Positions 14,946 to 26,669 of a stretch of DNA of 64,000 nt are shown here, piece after piece. How positions within the stretch are numbered: the first letter of the stretch is position 1; every line of letters starts with the position of its first letter. Below the pieces are notes generated by a model. The model made no database searches and was not told the origin of the DNA. It saw only the letters and a list, made by a program, of their open reading frames with translations. This stretch comes from Lates japonicus (Eukaryota), in NCBI GenBank assembly GCA_033238685.1, contig BRZM01000133.1:92481-156480 (forward strand), read 5' to 3'. Both the position numbers and the translations under genes were made by a program.

Positions 14946-17449
14946 CTATCTGTCTGTCTGTGTGTGTGTGTGTGTTGTTGTTGTTGTTCAGCAGGAGTGA
15001 GTGTGATGACTCCCTGTGTTAGATCTAATGGAGCTGATGGCAGTTTATTATCTGTCAGGACGAGTGTGAGAGAGGAGACAGGCTGAGCTGTTACCATGAC
15101 GACCACAACAACAACAACAACAAACTACAAATAAGGAACACACACAGTCATGCTGGACCCGGTCACCGCTGCTGACCAATCACCTGTCAGTCTGAGGGGG
15201 CGGGTCCTAGAGGTGAGGTCAGAGGTCAGCATCGTAGGTCCGGACTGAAAACCAGGACCAACACACTGGGGATCTGATCTGTTCATCTGGACCAGTCCAG
15301 CGCTCCGAGACCTGCAGGTAAACTCAGTCACAGCGACATTCACAGGTCAGATTGTTCAGTCAAACTGAATCTGTGATATTTATTATGTTGTTGTTTTAAA
15401 ACCACAGTGGACACATGGAAAAACAGCAAAACAATGATTCTGGTTCAGGTTCAGGTTCAGGTGGTCCTGGTCTGAAGCTGTTTCTCTGCAGCGTTACATC
15501 ACAGGTTGCTGTTGTTTTGCTTTCATGTCTCTTGACCTTCACGAACGTTCGCGGCCGCAGCGTGAAGCTGCTGCCTGCTGGAGACGCTGTGTTTCTGATG
15601 ATGTCTGATGGTCCACAGCAGGAGCAGAGACAGATGGAGCTCAGTCTCATTACAACATAAAAACCTAACTACTGTCGACTGACTGTGAATCTGCAGCTCC
15701 TCCACTCATCATGTGCTGATCTAAAGTAAAACATAAGAAAATTATTATTTCATTCTGAGTTGTTTAATTCATTCTTCAGTTTTCTGCAGTTAATCTGGGT
15801 CCAGGCAGATTAGGAGACAATCAGCCTCTGGGCTTTGATCTAATAAATGGGTCCAGCTCACATTAACTTCTTTATTATGTTACAGACAGAATTCATTCGT
15901 TCTGTGTGGCATTTTAAAAGGTCTTCAAGTCTTTTATATTTAACATGAATTCACAAATACTGAACAACTTCTATAAAAACCTGATTTTGCTGACGGTTTA
16001 TTTACGAGTCCATCACGTCTGACTCATTTTCCAAGTGGTTTCCTGGAGAGAACGAGGTGTTTTTGTACAGATTTAAAGGAAAACTCTGGTGTGTTCGAAC
16101 CTTATCTTGGCTGTAAATAATTGATAGGGACAAAAAATCTTTGGACTGCAGTATTGATCAGGAACAGTGCTTTGAAAAGCACAAATGTCAGAAAAACACG
16201 TCAGCATTGATATCAGAACTGATCAGATCTGATGCCTTTGATTCTGATGGTTTAAACTGTTTAGAACCAGGTCTCAGCTCGAGCTGATTCTTGATTGCCG
16301 TCCCCACGGGAGACTTAGAAAACCAGGAAAATACTCTGAGGATTTACTGAGTGATTACCAGCTGAAATTAGTCACCAAATAATCCTCTGTCTGTTTTTAA
16401 TTAATCATTCAAAATGTGTTCATTCAAACTGTCACAGAGACAGAAACTGATTTCTAATTGTTCACTTGAGCTTCACTGAATGTGATTTACGGTCAGAGGC
16501 TGAGTTTCCACACAAACACGGAGCTGTGTGAGGGTCAGAGGAGAGCGATGGGCCGGTTATAGAAGATAAAGAGAAAACTATATGAGAGGAGGCAGTTGGA
16601 GAGAATTAGAGTCGACCTTGAGGGATTTCATTATCCTCCTCTGACTGAATTATCTGATCGATGAATTGAATTAAAGAGGAGCCACCTCTTCTGCCTGATC
16701 TGCATCTGCCTGGCTGCCGTCCTGTCCGGCCCGATGTCCCCTGTGATCACAGTCCGGTCCTAAAGACACAGCATCATCTGTCTTCTATAGGCGTCTAATG
16801 GACGTTTACTTCAGGTCTGAAATGTCTCAACAGCTACAAGATGTAGTTCATTGTCCCCAGAGGATGAACCCTGGTGACTGGTGATGTTCTGAACTTTCCT
16901 GCAGCGCCACCAGCAGGTCACAGTTTTGCTGAACTGTGGTTCAGACGTTCATGTTTCCTCAGGATGAACTGGGCTCAGCGATATGATCATATGATCACAG
17001 TAAACATTTTAAAGTCAGATCTTTGCTCCTGAGTGGAAGTTAATCGTGGTTTTAAACTTATTGATGATCAGAACACGACAAACACTTTGACAAACAGTGA
17101 AAACATTTCAGTAGTCTGAGGTACAAAAACTATTAGAACAATAAAATCTAACCTAAGTAATAAAAAACCTCTGCTCCTGATTGGTGAATTATTTCTGATT
17201 TGTGATGTTGTCTCAGCAAATGAACTTTTTAATATTATTATTAATATATATGAATATATATTATTTTTACATATATTATTATTATTGTTATTTTAATATT
17301 TATTGAAAGACAGTAGTGTTTCCAGGCCTGTTTCTACTCCAGATGTGTGTATCCAGTGGTGCTTAAATAGGCTAAAAAATACATGAACCCTGGTGTGGTT
17401 CTTTAAACAGTAATTCACATTTTGCTCCAAACTTTATCAATATCCTATC

Positions 17450-17760
17450 CTCCCTGTGATGTATTATCAGACCAATCAGAGGCGGTTGCTAGGCGGAACA
17501 GAGTCAGCTGGCCAATTGGCGTTTTTTATGCCGTTGTTGGCCTGCGTGTGTCGTCATTGGCTACGTCGTGTGTCAGAGAGGCGGAGAAACGAAGCCGGAA
17601 AACAGATTTAAACCAGCCCCTGAACCGTCGCCTCTGTTTGTCAGTACTGTGAGGAAACTGAGTCGCTGATGAAGCCTGGATGTTGAAACAAACTGTGGAG
17701 CTACTGTTTTGTCGAACATGAATGAGGCTGGACGCTGAACACACCTGCGGCGCGAAGGTA
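17450..17760 (+). promoter_or_regulatory. CpG-rich, CCAAT-box-rich promoter-like segment with a putative first exon ending at a GAAG|GTAAGG donor (about 17757)
   Basis: It holds three CCAAT/ATTGG boxes (gaccaatcagagg, ggccaattggc, cattggcta) within 100 bp and is locally CpG-dense. A short ATG-initiated frame (MRLDAEHTCGAK) runs into the strong donor. No downstream coding exon was identified. Confidence 0.35.
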
Positions 17761-17799
17761 AGGCTAAGGAGCGAACCAGCTAGCGGCTAGCGTTAGCAT

Positions 17800-18350
17800 T
17801 TGCGTTAGCAGCGAACGTTAGCATTAGCCTTCTGTTAAAGACATCTGTTGGCCTTATTTCCATTTTCAGTGGTTTTTTCTCGTGGGTCAGAGTGTGTTTG
17901 TGTTTCCCTGACATGAGTTGTGGATCCCACCGTGGTGAAAACAAGGAGCTCCTGAGTCTGTTTAAATCCCTGTTGTGTTTGTTTACAGTCACTGTACTGA
18001 CAGTTAGCATCTCTGTAACTCTCACTTTAACTCCGTTTATATCGCTCTGTCATGTCGGTGTCATTGTTTTGTGTCTGTGGTCATTTTGTTGTGTATTGCG
18101 TCTGTACCTGGCTGCTTTACACCTGGATCTCAGCGTTAGCATTAGCATTAGCCTTACCTTAAAAGATGTCTTTGGGGCTTTTCCCTTCTTGTCGTCGTTT
18201 TTGTTTGCGTGGTTAAAGTGTGTTTGTGTTTGTGTGACTGTAGCATCCTTTACATGAGCTGTGGACGGTGGTAACTGTTCATCTGTTTGTCTGATTATCA
18301 TGTTGTTGTGATCATTTTGAGTCTTTACTTGGCTGTTTTACATTTCTTTA
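17800..18350 (+). repeat. Local tandem duplication (about 330 bp unit, two copies)
   Basis: gttagcattagcc...tgtgtttgtgtttccctgacatgagttgtggatcc... recurs at about 18120-18350 as gttagcattagcattagcc...gtgtttgtgtttgtgtgactgtagcatcctttacatgagctgtggacgg. Confidence 0.6.
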
Positions 18351-18669
18351 TGTTCAGCTGCTTCTTTGTCTCTTTGTAGTCGGTCTCTCTGCTTCTCTGT
18401 AGTTCTGTGTCCTGATCATGTTACATTTCTTTGAGGTTTTTGTTTCATTGTTTTCATTGTTTTGCGTCTCTGTTTTTTGGTCTGTCGTTTTTGTTCTTTT
18501 TGTAGATCTGTGGCAGTGATCTGTCCATAGCTGTCTGTTGACCCACAGTTGTGTATATTAGTGATGAGAAGTGTCTTAATACTTAACTGAGCTCAGTTAT
18601 CTATTCAAGCTTGAAAACTAAACTTTAACTCCATGCTCCTCCGCAAGTTTGAGCCTAAAACATTTTAGT

Positions 18670-19140
18670 TCCTTTGTTGTTGGTTCTTCGGGATCAACTC
18701 GTGTGTTTTCTTATCATGTGACAGTAAACAGCTCATTTTCTGAAACACTCCTCTAATGTTTGGAGAATGTTCTGTTTCAGCTGTAATGTTGAATATTTCT
18801 CTGTTTTCATGGTTAAACTGTTGATGAGGAATAGGTAGTAGTGTATTGATCATTTTCCTTTGTATGTTCCTCTTTGATTTCCTCCAGGTGTCACCACTAG
18901 GTCCACAACATCATCCATGATCACAGAGGAATCGTCCACGATCAGAGACGTTGTCCCTGACTCGTTGAGACCTGCGCAGGAGACTGGGGTTCCACAGTTC
19001 AATGGCATCGCTCGCGATCACAGAGACATTGTTGATGATCTCAGAAACATCGTCCACAGAGACGTAGTCCACGATCACAGAGAGTCTTTGAACAATGAAG
19101 AAGTTCTTTGAGACCAGGACAGAGGCCTCCAGGTAATTCA
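18670..19140 (+). repeat. Dispersed-repeat unit A, copy 1 (about 470 bp) with an internal 21-nt periodic core
   Basis: Near-identical to 19860-20215 (direct) and to 23100-23470 (inverted). The core gtccacgatcacagagac repeats with a 21-nt period (ORF 18917..19111 reads DHRDIVDDLRNIVHRDVVHDHRE). The unit is bounded by tttcctccag|GTGTCACCAC on one side and CTCCAG|gtaattcacc on the other. Confidence 0.7.
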
Positions 19141-19331
19141 CCAACAGCTTTACATCAACTGTCCAACACAGAACACTGACATTAAAGTGTATTCAGGATA
19201 CCAGAAAAGTGTAATCATAGAAGTAATCAGCAGTGTAAAAAATTATTTATAAGTAATCTGTATGAATAGACATAATGTAAAAGTAATTAATAATAATAAT
19301 ACATTTTATTTATAAGAGCCTTTCTGGCCAC

Positions 19332-19733
19332 TCAAGGACACTGTACAATAAGCAATAAAACAACAGTGGATAAAATTAACATACAATAAAAGAAATGTAG
19401 GGCGGTGATGTTGCAGTGAGAATGGTTAAAGTGAGTTTTGAGTCTGGATTTGAAAACAGGAAGAGAGTCGATGTTTCGGAGGGCTGGAGGCAGAGAGTTC
19501 CAGAGCTGAGGCGGGCAGAGGGCACAGTGAGGTGGATGGGTGGATGAGCGGGACGGGGTGGTGATGTGTAGGAGGTCAGACAGATATGGAGGGGCGAGGT
19601 TGTGGATGGCTTTGAAGGTAGACAGAAGGAGTTTGAATTCAATTTGTTGTTTAACTGGGAGCCAGTGGAGTTGCTGAAGGAGGGGGGTGATGTGATGGTG
19701 TGAAGGGGTTGTGGTGATATTGCGAATTAGCAA
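19332..19733 (-). mobile_element. Teleost interspersed-repeat fragment (retroelement-derived)
   Basis: ORF 19332..19733 contains LHWLPVKQQIEFKLLLSTFKAIHNLAPPYLSDLL...PSRSS. I recall this conserved motif from high-copy teleost repeats. I cannot name the family without a library search. Confidence 0.4.
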
Positions 19734-19859
19734 TATCAGAAGTAAGATATTCTAAGAAAAATAATCTGTTACTAGCAAAAGTAAAAGTAATAGTAATCCG
19801 ATAGAAGTAAAAATGTCATAATATAGTAAAGCGTCAAAAAATGTCACGATATAGTAAAA

Positions 19860-20215
19860 CCTAAAAATGTTTTGTTAATTGTTCTGGTTCAGCTGTAATG
19901 TAGAATATTTCTCTGTTTTCATGGTTAAACTGTTGATGAGGAATAGGTAGTAGTGTACTGATCATTTTCCTTTGGATGTTTCTCTTCCATTTCCTCCAGG
20001 TGTCACCACTTTGTCCACCACATCATCTTGTCAAGACGTCGTCCACGATCGCCGAGACATGGTCCATGATTGGAAAGACATTGTTGAAGATGAGGATCAC
20101 GATCAGATCAGAGACGTTGTCTGTGATCGCAGAGACTTTGTGAAAGACGAGAGAGACATTGTTCACAATCAGAGATATTGTGGGATTCTTTGGCGTCTTA
20201 ATATACCTTGACCTT
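19860..20215 (+). repeat. Dispersed-repeat unit A, copy 2 (direct)
   Basis: Same flank (agctgtaatgtagaatatttctctgttttcatggttaaactgttgatgaggaataggtagtagtgta...) and heptad-periodic core (ORF 19972..20211: DVVHDRRDMVHDWKDIVEDEDHDQIRDVVCDRRDFVKDERDIVHNQ). Confidence 0.7.
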
Positions 20216-20224
20216 TGTTGACAT

Positions 20225-20625
20225 TTTAACCCGTTTTGGCCTTACTTTACTATGTTTTGATGGTTTTTGTTCCATACTATACTGGCAATTTTTGACATTT
20301 TATGACATTTTTTTGACATTTTACTGTGACATTTTTGACAGTTTATGACACTATTACTATTTTTTGACACTTTACTATACTGTGACATTTTTTGACATTT
20401 TTTGACACTTTACTATACTATGACATTTTTGATGGTTTTTGACGGCTTACTTTACTGTGACATTATTTTGACCGTTTTTGACTCCATACTATACTATGAC
20501 ATTTTTTGACCGTTTTTGACTCCATACTATACTGTGACATTTTTTGACCATTTTTGACACTTTACTATACTGTCACATTTTTGACCGTTTTTTATTATAC
20601 TATGACATTAGATTTTGTAACACCT
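20225..20625 (+). repeat. Minisatellite with a roughly 38-40-bp unit (ttttgacactttactatactgtgacatttt)
   Basis: About 10 direct tandem copies. It is the same family as the longer array at 22150-23095. Confidence 0.85.
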
Positions 20626-21239
20626 TACCTAACAGGTGGCTAAAGACAACTGTCTTAAAGCAGCCATCTTACCTTTGTTTGCCACAGACAGACATATTCA
20701 CACACTCACACCTCTGCATAGACTTTTGTTGTGTTTCAGCACTATGTAAACAAAATTGAAATGAATTGAATTGTATGTGGGTTAGGTTAGATTTTGTGTT
20801 TGTCATTTAATTTTAGTATTTTACTATTTCAAACAGTGCAATATCAGTACCCAAATCCAATCTATTACTGTGTATACAGACTATTTATGCTGTTCATATT
20901 GTTTATGATTTGTATATATTGTTATATTTTAATGTAAATTTTGTTGATTGCATCATGTCTTTTTCTGTTTCTGTTGCAACACTGAAATTCCCCACTGTAG
21001 GGCTAACAAAGGATTATCTTACTCTTGCTCAAATAAATACTTCTGAACACTGAATATTTTGCTGGTCTGTTTAATGTATGAAAGTAAATATTTGACAGCC
21101 AGAGCCACTGTAACAAGTTGGTTGGGGCCTTTCAACTACTTTTGTAAACAAGGTTACTTATTTAGTAACCCAGAGCTGAGTTATCCTAACCGAAACAGGG
21201 TTGAGGGTTCACGACTTTTGCTTCAAAGATTGATTCGAC

Positions 21240-21835
21240 TTGCTTAACCGCTTGTAAGGGTTAGGGGTTGCTGACTTTAACCAAGCTAGGGTTAGGAATT
21301 TTGCTTTAACTGAGCCTGGAGTTGCCGCCAGAGCTGGGTTGGGGTTAAACTTGTAATCTTGGGAATTGTTTAACCACTTGTAGGTTAGGGTTACAGCTTT
21401 TAGCTAGAGCTAGGGTTATGGCTTTTAGCCTGAAACTAGGGTTAGGGCTATGGCTTTTAGCCAATGGTTAGGGTTAGGGTTATGACTGTTAGCCAGAGGC
21501 TAGGGTTAGGGTTATGGCTTTTAACCGCTTGTAGGGTTAGGGTTATGGTTTTTAGCCAGAAATTAGGGTTAGGGTTATGATTATTAGCCAAAGGCTAGGG
21601 TTAGGGTTATAGCTTTTAGCTAGAGCTAGGGTTAGGGTTATGATTATTAGCCAAAGGCTAGGGTTAGGGTTACAGCTTTTAGCTAGAGCTAGGGTTAGGG
21701 TTAGGGTTAGGGGTTAGGGTTAGGGTTAGGGTTAGGGTTTTTAACTGCGTGTAGGGTTAGGGTTATGACTTTTAGCCACTGGTTAGGGTTATGACTTTTA
21801 GGTTGGTTGGGGTTAGGGTTAACTTTAAGCTGCAA
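21240..21835. repeat. Interstitial telomeric sequence: (TTAGGG)n blocks interleaved with a roughly 60-bp composite unit
   Basis: Perfect ggttagggttagggttagggttagggttagggttaggg runs at about 21690-21750. Elsewhere there are units such as agggttagggttatggcttttagccag(a/t)ggctagggttagggttatg. Unique sequence continues on both sides, so this is not a chromosome end. Confidence 0.9.
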
Positions 21836-22149
21836 GTAGAGAATAGTTAGCATTTCTGTATTACAAAATCATTTTAGTGATATTAATTCAAAAATAAAGA
21901 AACTCAACCCAAAAGTTAAACCACAAAACTTTATTGATTCTGTTCTAGACAACGTTTAACAAACCACAGCAAAGATAAAGACAGATGTTTGACCACTTGG
22001 AGACACTTTGTTTTGTTCTCACATAACATTTAATGTAGTGATGAACACATATGCGGATATGCTTATTAAAGTCTTCTGTTGTCCTCTTCAGGTGATGTGG
22101 TCTTCTCCTCCTCCTCCTGCAGAGACAGAACATGTCAATTATAAAATGT

Positions 22150-23095
22150 GTCCAAAGCTGCAAGCCTTACTATACTGTGACATTTTTGACCGTTTTGACT
22201 CCATACTATACTATGACATTTTGACCGTTTTTGGCGTATACTATACTATGACATTTTGTTAACTTTTGACACCGTACTATACTGTGACATTTTTTGACCG
22301 TTTTTGACTCCATACTATACTATGACATTTTTTTCACATTTTTGACGCCTTACTATACTATGACATTTTTTGACCGTTTTTGACACCGTACTATACTGTG
22401 ACATTTTTTGACCGTTTTTGACGCCTTACTATACTGTGACATTTTTTTTTTTGACATTTTTGATCCCTTACTATACTATGACATTTTTTTTCACATTTTG
22501 ATGTCTTACTATACTATCACATTTTTTTTCACATTTTTGATGTTTTACTATACTATGACATTTTTTGACATTTTTTATATCTTACTATACTATGACATTT
22601 TTTGACCATTTGTGATGTCTTACTATACTGTGACATTTTTTGACCCTTTTTGACACCATACTATACTGTGACATTTTTTGACCGTTTTTGACTCCATACT
22701 ATACAATGACATTTTGGCTTTTGACGCCTTACTATACTATGACATTTTTTGACCTTTTTTGACGCCATACTATGACATTTTTGATAGTTTGACGTCTTAC
22801 TATACTACTATTGTTTTGACTGTTTTTGATGCATAATATACTATGACATTTTTCATATTTTTGACGCCTTACTATACTATGACATTTTTTGACCGTTTTT
22901 GACACCTTACTATACTATGACATTTTTTTTTCACATTTTTGATGTCTTACTATACTATGACATTTTTTTTTCACATTTTTGATGTCTTACTATACATGAC
23001 ATTTTTAGACTGTTCTTGGCACCTTACTATACTATGACTATTTTTGACACCTTGCTATAGTATGACATTTTTCGATGTTTTTTCAATGTTTTTGA
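22150..23095 (+). repeat. Minisatellite with a roughly 38-40-bp unit (ccgtttttgacnccntactatactatgacattttttga), about 24 copies
   Basis: Direct tandem array. The + ORF 22408..22605 is a translation artefact of the repeat. Confidence 0.85.
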
Positions 23096-23099
23096 CGGC

Positions 23100-23470
23100 T
23101 TATTATTACAGTTGGACAGTTGATGTAAAGCTGTTGGTGAATTACCTGGAGGCCTCTGTCCTGATCTCAAAAAACTTCTTCACGAAGACTCTCTGTGATC
23201 GTGGACTGCGTCTCTGTGATCATGAACAGTGTCTCTGAGATTGTGGACAATGTCGTGGACGAGGTGGTGACACCTGGAGGAAATCAAAGAGAAACATGCA
23301 AAGGAAAACAATCAATACACTACTACCTATTCCTCATCCACAGTTTATTCCCCAAACACAGAGAAATATTCAACATCACAGCTGAACCAGAACATTTTCC
23401 AAATATTAGAGGAGTGTCTCAGAAAATGGGCTGTTTATTGTCATGTATGACAAGAAAAGTATCACACCTT
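23100..23470 (-). repeat. Dispersed-repeat unit A, copy 3 (inverted)
   Basis: Reverse complement of 18670-19140. ORF 23195..23473 (+) mirrors ORF 18665..18853 (-), with ...REIFNITAE(T/P)EH(S/F)PNIRGV(F/S)QKM(S/G)CLLS in both. Confidence 0.7.
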
Positions 23471-25264
23471 TGACAAAAAATATTTGGGAAAAATGAACTA
23501 AAATGATCTGAAATCTTAAATTTCTATATTAATTGTCTGTTAACTAATCACTGGATGAATCATGTATGACTGTGAACTGCAGAATAACCTAAACTTTCAC
23601 TTAAAAAAATTTTGAAAGCAGGGTTTACCTTATAATTTTTGATTATACTTCAGTCCACGGGCAGAAAACTGACAATTATTTTGAGTTTTTAAAGTTTTTT
23701 TATAACTAGTACTATTTTCTGACAATTTATTGGCACGATTGATCAGTTATTATTATATTCAACAACACTAAACTCACTAAATACCAAGAATTTAAACAAT
23801 AACACTGTTACTAACACATTTTTCAGACTGAGTAAATCTTTAGGACTCATACCTGTTTGGTTTGTCAGGTGAGAGCTGGTGTTTGTGTCCAGGCTGCAGC
23901 AGCTGAACCAGTAAACCTGGAAAACACAAGTACAACACCTGAAAACTAAACACTAGAACCAACGATCACACTCTGGGTATTGGGGTGAATAAACAAATTA
24001 TGTATGTGCTGAGTAAAGTCTCAGTCTTCACTGCGTTTAGAAATGTTTTGTCTCTCATGTCGTAAATGACTTCTTTCTCCTCTGTAAAGCTAAGAGCACC
24101 ATCTGGTGGACAGCTGCAGAGCCTGAAGTTTCCAGGTCCAATAATCTGTCCAGTGTTCGATAGAAATGTCCACACAGGTCACACAGCTGGTTGACCAGGT
24201 CTGTGGTTGTATTACTCCAGTAAAGCAGAGTAAAGTAACTGATGAGTGTACTTTAGTTGTGTAGATAAATGACAGCAGAGACAGAGGTAGAGAGCAGCAG
24301 TATTTAATGGCTTTTCTGTAGAAACAACAGCGATTTAAGGAAGGAAGTCTTCATTTTATTACCGCAGAAACAGAAAAAGTTTAACATGCACATGTAAACA
24401 TCAGCTTTAACCACAGCTCAGCATTTCTATTTCTAGTGGATGTAGTGCAAAGCAGGACCAGAAATCTTTGGCTCTCAGGTCACAGGACTAAACTAACGGT
24501 TACGTCGTTAGTAGGCACAGGGATTAGTACGATAAATCGGAGACACGTCGTCTTCAACTGCTCACGTGTCCAAAAGTAAACCTCTGATCTTCATTTCCCC
24601 TGAGGAGCTGAGAGGATGGAGGTCCTGAACACTGTTCACACGGAGCTCCTGTAGCTGGAGGTCTTCACCTGATTCACCTGTGATCTTCAACCACAGCAGC
24701 TCAGGTCATTAAACACAGAGGACAGAAGGAGCAGGGCTGATGTTCTCACAGTGTTTGTTGGTGGAAGAACTCGGGTGTTTGAGGCTCTGTGGTTCCTACA
24801 GTAAAACTCTGTGGCTCACAGCTGTGTCTCAACACATCTGGATCTTTGATGAAAAAGTCAAAACTACAAGACAAACACCAGTCAGTCAGTCTGTCTGTGT
24901 AAAGTCTAACCACTATATTACCCATGAGCCTCTGCAGCTGTTGCCGAGATGAATTCCTGTTAAACTGATTCAGAATCAGGAAGATTTAAACTGCAGAACG
25001 TGAAGCTCTGTGAGTGTCTGTTAGTGAAATGCACTCTGGGACTTGTAGTTGATTTCTTTCCCTCAGGTGTTGCGTTCACAGGCATTTTGTAGCTTTGACT
25101 TTTAATCACAGAAGCAGATGTTTTCTGACAGAGCTGCTGGTTTTCTGTCGTCATGATTGAACCAGGAGATTTTTTATTTTAAATAATAAGAATCTGAGTT
25201 TGTGAATTTATATAACATGATGTTTGAGTCTGTGGCTGTTTATCACCGTCTGGAAAACTGTGAT

Positions 25265-25555
25265 AAAACTTAGTTTAACCAGAAACATCTCTATATATCA
25301 CTACCAGACTCCACTGACAAAAACAGGGATTTTACTGGGAGCTGCTGGAATACCACTGCCTCCATCTGTTAGTGTGTCTGTGTTACTGTGTGACTTTCAG
25401 TGGTGGAAGAAGTAATCAGATACTTTACTGAAGTAAAAGTACCACACAGTAACACAGACACACTAACAGATGGAGGCAGTGGTATTCCAGCAGCTCCCAG
25501 TAAAATCCCTGTTTTTGTCAATGGAGTCTGGTATAGTGATATATAGTGATGTCTC
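25265..25555. mobile_element. MITE-like element, complete copy, about 600 bp downstream of the MVP stop
   Basis: Near-identical inverted-repeat structure. The + and - ORFs 25224..25415 and 25369..25584 are mirror translations of its two arms. Confidence 0.75.
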
Positions 25556-26169
25556 TGGTTACTTCCAAAGAGTTTTGTCCCCATCGATCATTTACAGCAA
25601 AAAACATGGAAAGTTAGACAGAGGTTGAAAAACACCCAGATTAATCCTTTAAATCTCAGCAGCCACAGACTTTAACTTGTTTCCAGACATGAGTCAGTAA
25701 ACTCAGTGTTACAGGTCACATTAACCTAAAGTGCAAATAATCTGACGTTGTTGTTTGTTTGCTTATAATAAGTACTGATCCATCATGTCTTTCACATGTG
25801 TTGTACGGTGAACTGTTGAATCGTCAGTGTAGTGTTTAATGTCTGAGCAGACAAACTGTGAAGCTGTAAACACAGTCCTCCTGCTGAGTTTAGTGTCCCA
25901 GGCTGTTAGTTTACATTCTCACCTGTCAGTTGGTCCAAATCTCAGCCTGATTTAAAGTTGCTCTGTCTGGTTTTGATAACAGAGCTGAGTCATGAGTCAG
26001 AGTGAAGTTTTCAAACCTCTACAGCTACAACAAACCCACGAGGTTAAAGTTCAATGGTTCCAGCGTGTGGCTTTAACACTGGTCGTGGGTTCCCCAGGTT
26101 ACAGTGTGATGAGCATCTGTAGAGGTTTACTTTTGGACGCTCTCCTCTGTGGTTCCACCTCATCCTCTC

Positions 26170-26295
26170 TCACTGGCCCTGGCCCTGTCCTGGCAGCGCC
26201 CCCAGCAGGCCGTTGGCTGTGGTGAAGAGGTTGATGGGAGACGATCCGTCAGTGATGAGGGTGGACTTCAGCCCCAGAGCCTGGAGCATCTTAAC
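26170..26295 (-). CDS. mvp: MVP exon 16 (terminal, includes the stop codon)
   Basis: [41 protein letters not shown]-stop; human has [32 protein letters not shown].... The stop maps to the tca of codon 8 in + ORF 26149..26349 (26170-26172). The acceptor cag corresponds to the ctg at 26296-26298 on the + strand. Confidence 0.82.
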   Translation of the reverse strand, partial: VKMLQALGLKSTLITDGSSPINLFTTANGLLGALPGQGQGQ

Positions 26296-26480
26296 CTGCA
26301 GGAGGAGACACCGAGTGTGAGTCTGAAGCTCAGGTTGTTAAAGGTGTAGTAACATTAATATTAATGTGTGGTGAGCTTCCCACCTCACATTTAATAACCT
26401 GTGTTTAGAGGTGAGACAACACAAACTGACGTGTCTGTGTCTCTTTTTAAATAACGTTTTCTGGCTGTGTTGAACAGTAC

Positions 26481-26669
26481 CTGGAGCTCAGGTCCGGCTC
26501 TGGCCATCTCCTTCAGCGTGTCGCTGCCCAGACTCTCCACCAGCTGACTGAAGCGCTGACTCTCGATCTGAGCCAGACGCTCCTGCTTCTCCACCTCCAG
26601 TCGGTCCATCTCCTTCTTGTAGCTCAGCTCCTGCTCGCGGGCCTTTGCCAGGCGCTGCAGCTCTGCCTC
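26481..26669 (-). CDS. mvp: MVP exon 15
   Basis: EAELQRLAKAREQELSYKKEMDRLEVEKQERLAQIESQRFSQLVESLGSDTLKEMARAGPELQ; human has [63 protein letters not shown]. Donor CAG|GTACTG. Confidence 0.85.

Noticed and set aside
18917-20211. ORFs 18917..19111 and 19972..20211 as paralogous protein-coding genes (DVVHDRRD repeats)
   Set aside because: The periodicity is a 21-nt DNA repeat, and no frame stays open across the whole unit. The copies sit inside a dispersed repeat and show no start or stop context. They are kept only as a finding.
21240-21835. (TTAGGG)n as a true chromosome end or assembly edge
   Set aside because: Unique, non-repetitive sequence continues on both sides within the same window. 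The array is interrupted by composite 60-bp units typical of interstitial telomeric sequences.
20225-23095. The roughly 38-bp direct repeats as a CRISPR array
   Set aside because: The repeats are contiguous, with no unique spacers of regular length. They are AT-rich, degenerate and typical minisatellites, and the context is eukaryotic.
25224-25584. Overlapping + and - ORFs encoding the same peptide (YQTPLTKTGILLGAAGIPLPPSVSVSVLLC)
   Set aside because: They are mirror translations of the two arms of a palindromic MITE, not genes.
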